The notes below the pieces were generated by a model. It made no database searches and was not told where the DNA came from. It saw nothing but the letters and a program-made list of their open reading frames with translations. Made by a program: the position numbers and the translations under genes. Below are positions 39,712-48,156 of a stretch of DNA of 64,000 nucleotides, piece by piece. The DNA is from Terriglobales bacterium (GTDB lineage: Bacteria > Acidobacteriota > Terriglobia > Terriglobales > Acidobacteriaceae): positions 18,636 through 82,635 of the forward strand of contig JBEKDG010000008.1 in assembly GCA_050014475.1 (NCBI GenBank), read 5' to 3'. Each line of letters starts with the position of its first letter. Positions within the stretch are counted from its first letter, which is position 1.

Positions 39712-40491
39712 ATGCCCGACCGCAAGACCGCTCTGATCACCGGCGCCTCGTTCGGCATCGGGATGGAATTCGCCCGCATCTTCGCGCGCGAAGGTTACAA
39801 CCTGGTTCTCGTCGCCCGCAGCGCGGACAAACTCCGTCAACTCGCTTCCGAACTCGAGAAGGCGCAGGGCACGCGTTCGCTGATTCTGGCGGCCGACCTG
39901 ACCGAACCTGGAGCTTCCGCGTATGTACTGGATCAGACCACGCGCGCCGACATTCACGTGGATGTGCTGGTCAACAATGCGGGATTCGGACAGTATGGTA
40001 TGTTCGCCGAAAACGATCTGGAAGAATGTCTGCGCCAGATCCAACTCAACGTGACGACTCTCACCCACCTCACGCGCCTGTATCTCCCGGCAATGATTGA
40101 GAGAAAGACCGGGCGCATCCTGAACGTGGCGTCCACCGCGGCGTTTCAGCCAGGGCCACTGATGGCCGTATATTTTGCGACCAAGGCTTACGTCCTGTTT
40201 TTGTCGGAGGCGCTGGCCAATGAACTCAACGGGTCGGGCGTCACCGTAACCTGCCTGTGCCCGGGCGCGACGGCCACGGAGTTCCACAAGCGCGCGAAAG
40301 CAACCGGCATGAACCTGCTGAAGTTCGGCTCGATGGATGCCCGCACCGTTGCCGAAGACGGTTATCGCGCATTGCTGGCCGGAAAACCCGTGGCGATCTC
40401 GGGATTCAAGAATTGGCTGGTGGCACAATCGGTGCGCTTCTCCCCACGCCGCCTGGTGACGGCGATTACCAGGAAAGCGCAAGAAGAATAG
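39712..40491 (+). CDS. SDR-family oxidoreductase
   Basis: TALITGASFGIG Rossmann motif, NNAG and YxxxK (YFATKAY). The start is uncertain (39673-39712). Confidence 0.88.
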   Translation: MPDRKTALITGASFGIGMEFARIFAREGYNLVLVARSADKLRQLASELEKAQGTRSLILAADLTEPGASAYVLDQTTRADIHVDVLVNNAGFGQYGMFAENDLEECLRQIQLNVTTLTHLTRLYLPAMIERKTGRILNVASTAAFQPGPLMAVYFATKAYVLFLSEALANELNGSGVTVTCLCPGATATEFHKRAKATGMNLLKFGSMDARTVAEDGYRALLAGKPVAISGFKNWLVAQSVRFSPRRLVTAITRKAQEE

Positions 40492-40544
40492 CCGACGATG
40501 GAGCGACGGGCGTCCCCGCCCGTCCGCCGAGATGCCGCGCGCCG

Positions 40545-40568
40545 AGAGACGCGGCAAGCCGCGTCTCT
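40545..40568. repeat. GAGACGCGGC-AA-GCCGCGTCTC palindrome family member
   Basis: Read directly. Other copies are at 44691-44712 and 46786-46813, with a half copy at 54851-54862. Confidence 0.85.
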
Positions 40569-40578
40569 ACAGGATATT

Positions 40579-42180
40579 TTAGGTTGTCTTGCGGCCTTCC
40601 AATGCCGCCTGCACGCGGCTGTGTTTCCGGCTATATGTGAAATACACGACCAGCCCAATAACCAGCCAGATAATCAATCGCGCCCAGTTGATCCAGCCGA
40701 GTTTGTACATCATGTAGCCGTTGAAGAGGATGCCCATAACTGGCACAAACGGCACCCATGGGGTCCGGAAGGGTCGAGGTTGGCCAGGGTTCGTATGCCG
40801 CAGAGCCAGGATGGCGATGCAAACAATCACGAACGCCAGCAACGTTCCTATGTTGACCATTTTTCCGATATCGTCGATCGGCGTCAGGCTGCCCACGATC
40901 GCCGCGAGCAGGCCCACGAGCATGGTGTTCTTCCATGGCGTCCGGAAGCGCTCGTGAACATCGGCGAAGAATTTCTTAGGCAAAAGCCCGTCGTTGGCCA
41001 TCGAATACAGGACACGGGTCTGTCCCAGCAGCATGACGAGCATCACGCTGGTCAGCCCGGCCAGCGCGCCAAGCGTAATGATGTGGGATGCGCCGGTGAG
41101 GCCACGGTCCAGGAAAGCGCGCGCAATGGGCGCTTCGATGTTGACCTCCCTCCACGGCACCATCCCAGTCAGAACCGACGCCACCGCGATATACAACGCG
41201 GTGCAGATCAGAAGCGAAGCAATGATACCGATCGGAAGATCGCGCTGCGGATTCTTCGCCTCCTGGGCGGTGGTGGAAACGGCATCGAATCCGATGTACG
41301 CAAAGAAAATGTAGGCCGCTCCGGCCCCGATTCCGGAGAATCCGAAAGGCGCAAAACTCGACCAGTCCGATCCCCAGTTGCTGGCGCTAACGTAGCGGAA
41401 CCCGAGGCCAATAACAAAAAGCACAACGGCAACCTTGATGGTAACGATCGTGGCGTTGAAGCGGGCGCTCTCCTTGATGCCAATCACCAGAATCGCCGTG
41501 ATCACCAGAGCGATCACGAAGGCCGGCACGTTGACCCCGATTTCATATCCGAACAGATGCGGCGCGCTCAACAAATCGTGAGCTTTCTGCATTAACTCTG
41601 GCGATTGTGCTCCCATGATCGCCGTTACCTTATTGAGGAAAGCCTGAGTACCAGGCACAAGCGTGGAATCGGAGGCCTGTGCCATCTGGCGAGCCACGAT
41701 GTTCTCCGCAGTGCGGAGTCCAGTCCAGTGGTCGTACGCCAGCCACAGCGGCATCTTGATGTGGAAAATATTGAGCAGTTCGATGAAGTGATTAGACCAA
41801 CCAGACGACACGGTACTGGCGCCCATGGCGTATTCGAGCGTGAGGTCCCAGCCGATGATCCAGGCAAAAATCTCGCCCAGCGTAGCGTATGCGTAGGTGT
41901 AAGCGCTGCCCGCCAATGGGATCATAGCCGCAAACTCTGCGTAGCACAGAGCCGCGAAAGCGCAACCCAACCCGGAGAGCACGAAAGAGAGCATCAGCCC
42001 TGGCCCAGCGTAGTGAGCGCCCAATCCGGAAAGCACGAAGATTCCGGCGCCGATCACCGCGCCAACGCCCAGCGCCGTCAACTGAAATACGCCCAGTGTG
42101 CGTTTCAAGCTATGCGTGCCAGTCTCTCGCGCCTCCTCCATCAGCAGCTCAAGCGGCTTTTTCGCAAAGAGGTCAGTCAT
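40579..42180 (-). CDS. APC-family amino acid permease
   Basis: About 12 TM segments with an N-terminal LTALGVGAVIGAGIFVLSG motif. The start was chosen at MTDLFAKKP. Confidence 0.9.
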   Translation of the reverse strand: MTDLFAKKPLELLMEEARETGTHSLKRTLGVFQLTALGVGAVIGAGIFVLSGLGAHYAGPGLMLSFVLSGLGCAFAALCYAEFAAMIPLAGSAYTYAYATLGEIFAWIIGWDLTLEYAMGASTVSSGWSNHFIELLNIFHIKMPLWLAYDHWTGLRTAENIVARQMAQASDSTLVPGTQAFLNKVTAIMGAQSPELMQKAHDLLSAPHLFGYEIGVNVPAFVIALVITAILVIGIKESARFNATIVTIKVAVVLFVIGLGFRYVSASNWGSDWSSFAPFGFSGIGAGAAYIFFAYIGFDAVSTTAQEAKNPQRDLPIGIIASLLICTALYIAVASVLTGMVPWREVNIEAPIARAFLDRGLTGASHIITLGALAGLTSVMLVMLLGQTRVLYSMANDGLLPKKFFADVHERFRTPWKNTMLVGLLAAIVGSLTPIDDIGKMVNIGTLLAFVIVCIAILALRHTNPGQPRPFRTPWVPFVPVMGILFNGYMMYKLGWINWARLIIWLVIGLVVYFTYSRKHSRVQAALEGRKTT

Positions 42181-42202
42181 CAGTACCGTCTCTCCTATCG
42201 GG

Positions 42203-43768
42203 TTAAACAGAATTCGTCTGGGCTCGCGGCCGCCAGATGTAGTACACCGGGATGCCGAGCAGCACGATGAACAGTCCCGGCCATGTGTATTGCGGTTTGT
42301 AGCGTAACAGTACAACGTCGATAAACAAAGCCATCACGATATAGATGGCAGGCAAAATGGGGTATCCAATGGCCTTGTAGGGACGCTCGGCCTCGGGATG
42401 CGTGCGGCGCAAAACGAAAAGTCCGAAGATCGTGAGCACGTAGAACACCAGCACCGCAAAAACAATGTAGTCCAGGAGTTGGCCGTAACTGCCGGAGATG
42501 CAGAGGACGCACGTCCAGACCATCTGCACCATCAGCGAAATCGCGGGCGTCTTGTAGGTGGGATGAATCCGGGCAACGTTGCGAAAGAACAGACCATCCT
42601 TCGCCATGGCGTAATAGACGCGGGCCCCGGAGAGAATCAAGCCATTGCAGCAGCCGAAGCCGGAAATCATGATGGCGACGGCCATCAGCGCTCCGCCGGC
42701 GGAACCGAACATCTGGGTCATGACCGCGGTGGCGACGCGGTCCTCGCGGGCGTACTGGATGCCGCGCTCCAGTAGCGTCGCTCCGGTCGGACTACCCACT
42801 AGCGGCAGCGTGCTCAGATAAATAAAGTTGCACCCGATATAGAGCGCGATCACTACGCCGGTACCGAGCGCCAGCGACAACGGGAGATTCCGGCTGGGAT
42901 TTTTCACCTCGCCGGCCGTGAACGTAACGTTGTTCCAGGCATCGGCGGAAAACAGCGAACCGACCTGCGCAATCGCCAGCACGGTCAGCGTCGAGACCAG
43001 CACGCTTCCGCCGACGCCGACGTCATGCAAAGCGCCCAGACCCGAATTGTTCCAGAAGTGTGCGCCGAAATTGGCGGCCAGCGCCTGCGCGTTCCGGCCA
43101 AGAAATACTCCGAAGATGACCAGGCCGAGCAGCGCCGCAACTTTCGCAGTGGTAAAGATGTTCTGGATGAAAGCGCCCGTCTTCACGCCGAAAATATTGA
43201 TGACCGAGAGCACGATCACTACCAGGATGGCGACGAGGTTCTGCGTGTTCAGCCCAACATCCATGCCCCCGAGCATCATGGGGCCGACCGCGAACTTCGG
43301 TACTTTCCACAGGTGGACGATCCAATGACTCGAGGAGACAGCCGGCCAGAAGATCCCGAGGAACTTGCCGAAGGCGACGCCCACGGCAGCGATCGTGCCC
43401 GTCTGAATCACGAGAAACAGCGTCCAACCGTAGAGAAAACCCCAGAGCGGGCCAAGCGACTCGCGCAGATAGACGTACTGCCCGCCCGCCCGCGGCATCA
43501 TGGCCGCCAGTTCGCCGTAGGTGAGCGCGCCGACAATGGTCAGAAAGCCGGTGATGACCCACGCGCCAATGAGCAGCGCGGGCGAGGTGACCTCGCGAGA
43601 AATCTCGGCGGACACAATAAAAATGCCCGAGCCGATCATGGAGCCCATCACCAGCATGGTCGCGCTGGTCAGGCCGAGACCTTTGACGAGCTCTTTGTCC
43701 TGATGGAGGTGGCGCTCCCAATCGCTGACGCTCGAAGCGGGAACTGGGGGTGGAACGTTCGTGCTCAC
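42203..43768 (-). CDS. APC-family amino acid permease
   Basis: Polytopic, with a MLVMGSMIGSGIF motif. Confidence 0.9.
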   Translation of the reverse strand: MSTNVPPPVPASSVSDWERHLHQDKELVKGLGLTSATMLVMGSMIGSGIFIVSAEISREVTSPALLIGAWVITGFLTIVGALTYGELAAMMPRAGGQYVYLRESLGPLWGFLYGWTLFLVIQTGTIAAVGVAFGKFLGIFWPAVSSSHWIVHLWKVPKFAVGPMMLGGMDVGLNTQNLVAILVVIVLSVINIFGVKTGAFIQNIFTTAKVAALLGLVIFGVFLGRNAQALAANFGAHFWNNSGLGALHDVGVGGSVLVSTLTVLAIAQVGSLFSADAWNNVTFTAGEVKNPSRNLPLSLALGTGVVIALYIGCNFIYLSTLPLVGSPTGATLLERGIQYAREDRVATAVMTQMFGSAGGALMAVAIMISGFGCCNGLILSGARVYYAMAKDGLFFRNVARIHPTYKTPAISLMVQMVWTCVLCISGSYGQLLDYIVFAVLVFYVLTIFGLFVLRRTHPEAERPYKAIGYPILPAIYIVMALFIDVVLLRYKPQYTWPGLFIVLLGIPVYYIWRPRAQTNSV

Positions 43769-43800
43769 GAACCTCCTAAGGGTTGCTGAAAAACAAAGGC

Positions 43801-44035
43801 TTCGTATCAGGGCATCGCTTTAGCGATACCGTAAGTTCTTCGAAATCGGACGCCCCTTTAGAGTGTGCATGAGAACTCGGTCGTCCCTCCGGGACTCGAA
43901 TCATTTCCTCCACTTTTCCCAGCGCTGAAGCGCTGGGCTAAGCTCGGACGCCCCTCCGGGGCTGGATTCTCGGGCATCTTGTTCCACCGGGTTGCCCGAA
44001 AACGAGTTCTCTCACACACACTTTAGGGGCTGGGC
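43801..44035. repeat. compound repeat: a copy of the 18161-18233 core interrupted by a 160-bp insert
   Basis: The core halves are 43801-43861 and 44022-44035. TTTAG is present on both sides of the insert (43862-44021), and the insert ends are imperfect inverted repeats. Confidence 0.55.
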
Positions 44036-44062
44036 ACTGCGCTGCTGCAAGAGCAATCAACT

Positions 44063-44677
44063 TTACCCCAGAACTCTCAAAAATTCCTCTGCTGATTTGC
44101 GGGGATCCCGTAACAAGTCGGATATCACCGCCACGGCATCAGCGCCGGCTTCGATGACGGAACGGGCATTGGCGCGGGTAATGCCGCCGATCGCAACCAG
44201 AGACTTGCGCGTCAGTTCCCTCGCCCGGCGAACCCCTTCGAGTCCCACGACAGGATCAGGATTGGCCTTACTGCTTGTCGCAAAGACGGGGCCGATGGCA
44301 AGGTAGTCCGCGGGAGTTTTATCGGCTTCCGCAAGCTGCTCCGGATTGTGCGTGGAGACTCCCAGCCAACGAGCGGGCCCAAGTATCTTACGAGCTGCCT
44401 CTGGAGATAGATCATCCTGCCCAACATGCAGCCCATCGAATCCAGCCGCCAGGCAGAGGTCGGCGCGGTCGTTCATGATGAGCTTGACGCTCGCTCCGAG
44501 GCGCCCCCTAAGCTCACGCGACTCTTCGAGCATGCGCCGGGCGTTGCCAGATTTGTTGCGGTACTGCAGCAACCTGCAGCCGGCAGCAGCGATCTCCTCG
44601 GCGGCGGCGAACATTCCGGCAGCGTCGTGGAAACAGGCAGCGTCGAGAATCGGGTAAAGCCGCGGAAGTTGCAACAT
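44063..44677 (-). CDS. thiE: thiamine-phosphate synthase
   Basis: YPILD N-terminus, LLQYRNK, and the LHVGQDD...GVSTH...DYLAIGPVF..SK pattern. Confidence 0.9.
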   Translation of the reverse strand: MLQLPRLYPILDAACFHDAAGMFAAAEEIAAAGCRLLQYRNKSGNARRMLEESRELRGRLGASVKLIMNDRADLCLAAGFDGLHVGQDDLSPEAARKILGPARWLGVSTHNPEQLAEADKTPADYLAIGPVFATSSKANPDPVVGLEGVRRARELTRKSLVAIGGITRANARSVIEAGADAVAVISDLLRDPRKSAEEFLRVLG

Positions 44678-44690
44678 AGTCTCAACCGTA

Positions 44691-44712
44691 GAGACGCGGC
44701 TTGCCGCGTCTC
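44691..44712. repeat. GAGACGCGGC-TT-GCCGCGTCTC palindrome
   Basis: Perfect 10-bp arms, 14 nt upstream of the thiE start. Confidence 0.9.
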
Positions 44713-44721
44713 AGATTGCTG

Positions 44722-44797
44722 GTGGAGAGCCGGGCGTCTCCGCCCGGCTGGACGGGCGAGACGCCCGTCCCTCCACAATATGACCTATCACGCGGTC
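44722..44797. repeat. 76-nt twin-hairpin dispersed repeat, copy 2
   Basis: 71/76 identical to 23259-23334, in the same orientation. Confidence 0.85.
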
Positions 44798-44803
44798 ATG
44801 GTT

Positions 44804-46162
44804 TCACCCTGCGGACTCTTTTTTCGCCAGGAATCTCTCAATGAACCCCGTATCGAAATTCCCCGCACGAAATTCCGGATCCGCCAGAATGCGCCGGTGC
44901 AGCGGAATCGTGGTGTGGATTCCCTCCACGATAAACATTCCGAGCGCGCGGCTCATGCGCGAGATAGCTTCGCTGCGATCCTTGCCACGAACCACCAGCT
45001 TGGCGATGAGCGAATCGTAGTACGGAGGAATCGTGCCTTCGGCATAGGCGGCCGTGTCGATGCGCACGCCCGTCCCTCCCGGAGGGTGAAAGGTGGTGAT
45101 TTTGCCGGCCGAGGGCGTGAACTTCTCCGGATGCTCGGCATTGATGCGGCACTCGATCGCGTGTCCGCGATGCACGATGGGGCCTTGTAACACGTCGGCC
45201 AGATTTTCGCCCGCGGCGATCATGATCTGACTCTTGACCAGGTCCACGTCCGTGACCATTTCGGTGACCGGATGCTCCACCTGGATGCGCGTGTTCATCT
45301 CGATAAAGTAAAGCCGCCGATCCTGGTCCATGAGGAATTCGATGGTCCCGGCATTGTGATAGCCGACCTGGCTGAGCGTTTTGCTGAGCACGTCTCCGAT
45401 TTCCTTGCGCAGCTCGGGCGTTACCTTTACCGACGGCGACTCTTCGAGCAGCTTCTGGTGGCGCCGCTGAATCGAGCACTCGCGTTCCCCCAGACTGACG
45501 ACGTTGCCGTGTTCGTCGCCCAGCACCTGGAATTCGATGTGGCGCGGGTGCTCGACATACTTCTCCAGGTAGAGATCGCCGTTGCCGAAGGCGGCCGAGG
45601 CCTCCGACTGCGCCTGACGGTAAAGCCCGGGCAATTCGTCTTCATTGCGCACAATGCGCATGCCCCGCCCGCCGCCGCCCGCCGTGGCCTTGAGGATGAC
45701 CGGAAAACCTACCTGCCGCGCCCACTCGCGCGCTTCTCCATCGGAGGCGACCACGCCGTCCGAACCGGGAAGGATCGGCACCCCGTGCTGTTTCATGGCG
45801 GCGCGAGCTTTCTCTTTTTCGCCCATCAGCCGGATGACATCCGGAGTCGGCCCGATGAACTTGATGTGACAGGCTTCGCAGACTTCCGCGAAATTGGCGT
45901 TTTCCGAAAGCAAGCCATAACCGGGATGGATGGCGTCGACGTTCGCAATCTCGGCCGCGCTGATCACCGCGGGAATGTTGAGATAACTCTGCGCCAGCTG
46001 CGGCGGGCCAATGCAAATCGCTTCGTCGGCAAAGCGCACATGGAGCGAATTCCGGTCCGCCTCGCTGTAGATCGCCACCGAGCGGATGCCGAGTTCCTTG
46101 CACGCGCAAATGACGCGCAGTGCAATTTCTCCGCGATTCGCTACCAGAATTTTCTTGAACAT
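44804..46162 (-). CDS. accC: acetyl-CoA carboxylase biotin carboxylase subunit
   Basis: [18 protein letters not shown]..., ATP-grasp GGGGRGMR, and [14 protein letters not shown]. Confidence 0.96.
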   Translation of the reverse strand: MFKKILVANRGEIALRVICACKELGIRSVAIYSEADRNSLHVRFADEAICIGPPQLAQSYLNIPAVISAAEIANVDAIHPGYGLLSENANFAEVCEACHIKFIGPTPDVIRLMGEKEKARAAMKQHGVPILPGSDGVVASDGEAREWARQVGFPVILKATAGGGGRGMRIVRNEDELPGLYRQAQSEASAAFGNGDLYLEKYVEHPRHIEFQVLGDEHGNVVSLGERECSIQRRHQKLLEESPSVKVTPELRKEIGDVLSKTLSQVGYHNAGTIEFLMDQDRRLYFIEMNTRIQVEHPVTEMVTDVDLVKSQIMIAAGENLADVLQGPIVHRGHAIECRINAEHPEKFTPSAGKITTFHPPGGTGVRIDTAAYAEGTIPPYYDSLIAKLVVRGKDRSEAISRMSRALGMFIVEGIHTTIPLHRRILADPEFRAGNFDTGFIERFLAKKESAG

Positions 46163-46215
46163 GATTGTTTCGTGGAATAGTCAGTTGCTCGGGTCCGTCT
46201 TATCCGGTTTGGTGT

Positions 46216-46255
46216 CCGATGACCCGATGGCCCGATCACCCGATGGCCCGATCAA
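46216..46255. repeat. five tandem octamers CCGATSRC abutting the accB stop
   Basis: CCGATGAC CCGATGGC CCGATCAC CCGATGGC CCGATCAA. No inverted partner is seen. Confidence 0.85.
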
Positions 46256-46256
46256 C

Positions 46257-46754
46257 TCATTTTGCCGGCCGGACGGCGAACAGTTCCTGGCCGTACTCGA
46301 TGGGCTGGCCGTTGGCGACGAGCTTCTTGACCAACTCTCCCGCCACGTCGCATTCGATTTCGTTCATCAGTTTCATCGCTTCAACAATGCACAAAACCTG
46401 GCCCACTTCCAGGGGATCGCCAACTTTGACGAAGGGCGGCGACCCGGGCGAGGGCGATTCGTAGAAGGTGCCCACGATCGGCGACCGCACAATGTGCAGA
46501 TCTTCTTCCGGCTCAGGGACCGGCGCGGCAGCCGCGGCGAGGTCGACCTTGGCAGGCGCGGAAGCGGGACTGTGGCCGCCCGCGTCAACCGGGGCGGGGT
46601 GAACCGCGATATAACGCGCGTCCGGCAACACCACGGGCGACGGTTCGGCGGCGCGCTTGATCTTCACCTTGACATCGCCGCGCTCCAATTCAAACTCGGC
46701 AATGTCCTTTTCGATTAAGAACTCGATGAGTTCTTTCAGCTCTTTTTGATTCAT
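46257..46754 (-). CDS. accB: biotin carboxyl carrier protein
   Basis: EAMKLMNEIE biotinylation motif in the C-terminal lipoyl-like domain. Confidence 0.93.
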   Translation of the reverse strand: MNQKELKELIEFLIEKDIAEFELERGDVKVKIKRAAEPSPVVLPDARYIAVHPAPVDAGGHSPASAPAKVDLAAAAAPVPEPEEDLHIVRSPIVGTFYESPSPGSPPFVKVGDPLEVGQVLCIVEAMKLMNEIECDVAGELVKKLVANGQPIEYGQELFAVRPAK

Positions 46755-46785
46755 GTATAAGGGCAGGTTCCGTTTTAGATTCTAA

Positions 46786-46813
46786 GTAGAGACGGGGCTT
46801 GCCGCGTCTCTAC
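46786..46813. repeat. GTAGAGACGGGGC-TT-GCCGCGTCTCTAC palindrome (one mismatch)
   Basis: Read directly; 32 nt upstream of the accB start. Confidence 0.85.
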
Positions 46814-46828
46814 GGAAAATCCGACCTG

Positions 46829-47947
46829 CTAAATAATAACCAGTTCTTTATCTGTGGGCGTTAGCACTTCGCAGCCCGAAGGGGTAACCACCACCACATC
46901 TTCGATCCGCACACCCCACTTCCCAGGCACGTAAGCGCCCGGCTCAATCGTAATGACCATTCCCGGTTCCAGCTTCTGGCTTTGCCCAACCGCCAGCCGC
47001 GGCGCCTCGTGTATCTCTAATCCTAAACCATGCCCGGTCGAATGGGTGAAGTACCGGGCCAGTTTCCGCTGGCGAAGCACACGGCGCGCCGCGCCATCTA
47101 CTTCGGCGGCAGTCACGCCCGGACGAACCGCCGAAATGGCGGCCTGCTGCGCTTCCAGCACCGCCTCATACAGCTGTCGAGCTTCTCCCGACGGCCGTCC
47201 GACATGCACAGTTCGCGTGCGATCCGAACAATAACCGGCGAGTATAACACCAAAATCACAGACCACGAACCCGCGCCGGGGAATGCGTGCGCCCGAGGCC
47301 CGGCCATGCACAATCGCCGAGCGGGTTCCGGAAGCGAGTATCGTCGGGAAGGACATTCCTTCGGCCCCGGCACAACGGGCCTCGTATTCCATGGCGGCGG
47401 CGACTTCGACTTCACTCACACCCGGCCGAATTTTCTTGCGTGCGATCCGGAACAGACTGGCGCCGTGTTCAACCGCCCGCCGTATGCGCAGGATTTCGGC
47501 AGCGTCCTTCACCATGCGGGCGCGCTCCACCAGCGGTGGCGCGGAACGCAGGCGCGCTCTCCCTTTCAACACAGACGCCAACCGGTCGCGCATGCCGGCG
47601 GTGATCGACTCCGGCTCGATGCCCACTGATACTGGCGTCAAAGATGCTGTCGTCGAACTTCTTCGCTGCGCGGCCAGCCACTCCGCAGCCGCCACCAGCG
47701 GGGACTTGCGAGCGATGACAATGGTCGCATTATTGACGTTCGCACTCTTGACTTCCTCTTTTGCCTGGGCACCATAGCGGCCGTCGGTAAAGAGGATGGA
47801 ACCACCATCAGCGACAAGCAAAGCAGCCGCACTGCCAGTAAAGCCACAGAGATAGTGAACATTAGGGAGGTGCGTCACCAGCAGCGAGTCTAGATCGTTC
47901 TCTTCGAGCCCAGATCGAAGACGACTCAGGCGGCCAGCGTGATCCAT
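46829..47947 (-). CDS. M24-family Xaa-Pro aminopeptidase
   Basis: Creatinase-like N-domain plus HSTGHGLGLEIHE and the EPG...IED metal ligands. Confidence 0.88.
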   Translation of the reverse strand: MDHAGRLSRLRSGLEENDLDSLLVTHLPNVHYLCGFTGSAAALLVADGGSILFTDGRYGAQAKEEVKSANVNNATIVIARKSPLVAAAEWLAAQRRSSTTASLTPVSVGIEPESITAGMRDRLASVLKGRARLRSAPPLVERARMVKDAAEILRIRRAVEHGASLFRIARKKIRPGVSEVEVAAAMEYEARCAGAEGMSFPTILASGTRSAIVHGRASGARIPRRGFVVCDFGVILAGYCSDRTRTVHVGRPSGEARQLYEAVLEAQQAAISAVRPGVTAAEVDGAARRVLRQRKLARYFTHSTGHGLGLEIHEAPRLAVGQSQKLEPGMVITIEPGAYVPGKWGVRIEDVVVVTPSGCEVLTPTDKELVII

Positions 47948-47966
47948 GGGAGGAGTGTAGCAAGAA

Positions 47967-48084
47967 CCAGTTCTCAGGTCTCAGGTCTCAGGAAATCCAA
48001 ATTCCCACTAGATGCGATGTCAACAATGTTCTGCAGAGCCGCCGACGATTTTCCTGAGACCTGACAACTGAGACCTGAAACCTG
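47967..48084. repeat. inverted heptad arrays (CAGGTCT / AGACCTG) with a 53-nt spacer
   Basis: The 29-nt arms pair at 25/29 positions by my count. Confidence 0.8.
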
Positions 48085-48135
48085 AAAAGCAAAGCCGCCG
48101 GGCTCTCGGCAGGTTCTCCGAGAAAGCCGGCGGCT
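48084..48135 (-). terminator. probable rho-independent terminator of pilQ
   Basis: On the minus strand, AGCCGCCGG...CCGGCGGCT with an inner CTCGG/CCGAG pair, followed by TTGCTTTTC. Confidence 0.55.
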
Positions 48136-48156
48136 GTGGCTGTTCTAACTTCGCGC

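Noticed and set aside
43880-43985. tRNA- or tmRNA-like fragments (GGGACTCGAATC, GGGGCTGGATTCTCGGG).
   Set aside because: These are only short resemblances to T-arm and tmRNA 5' sequences. No cloverleaf or tRNA-like 3' end can be folded, and they lie within a repeat element.
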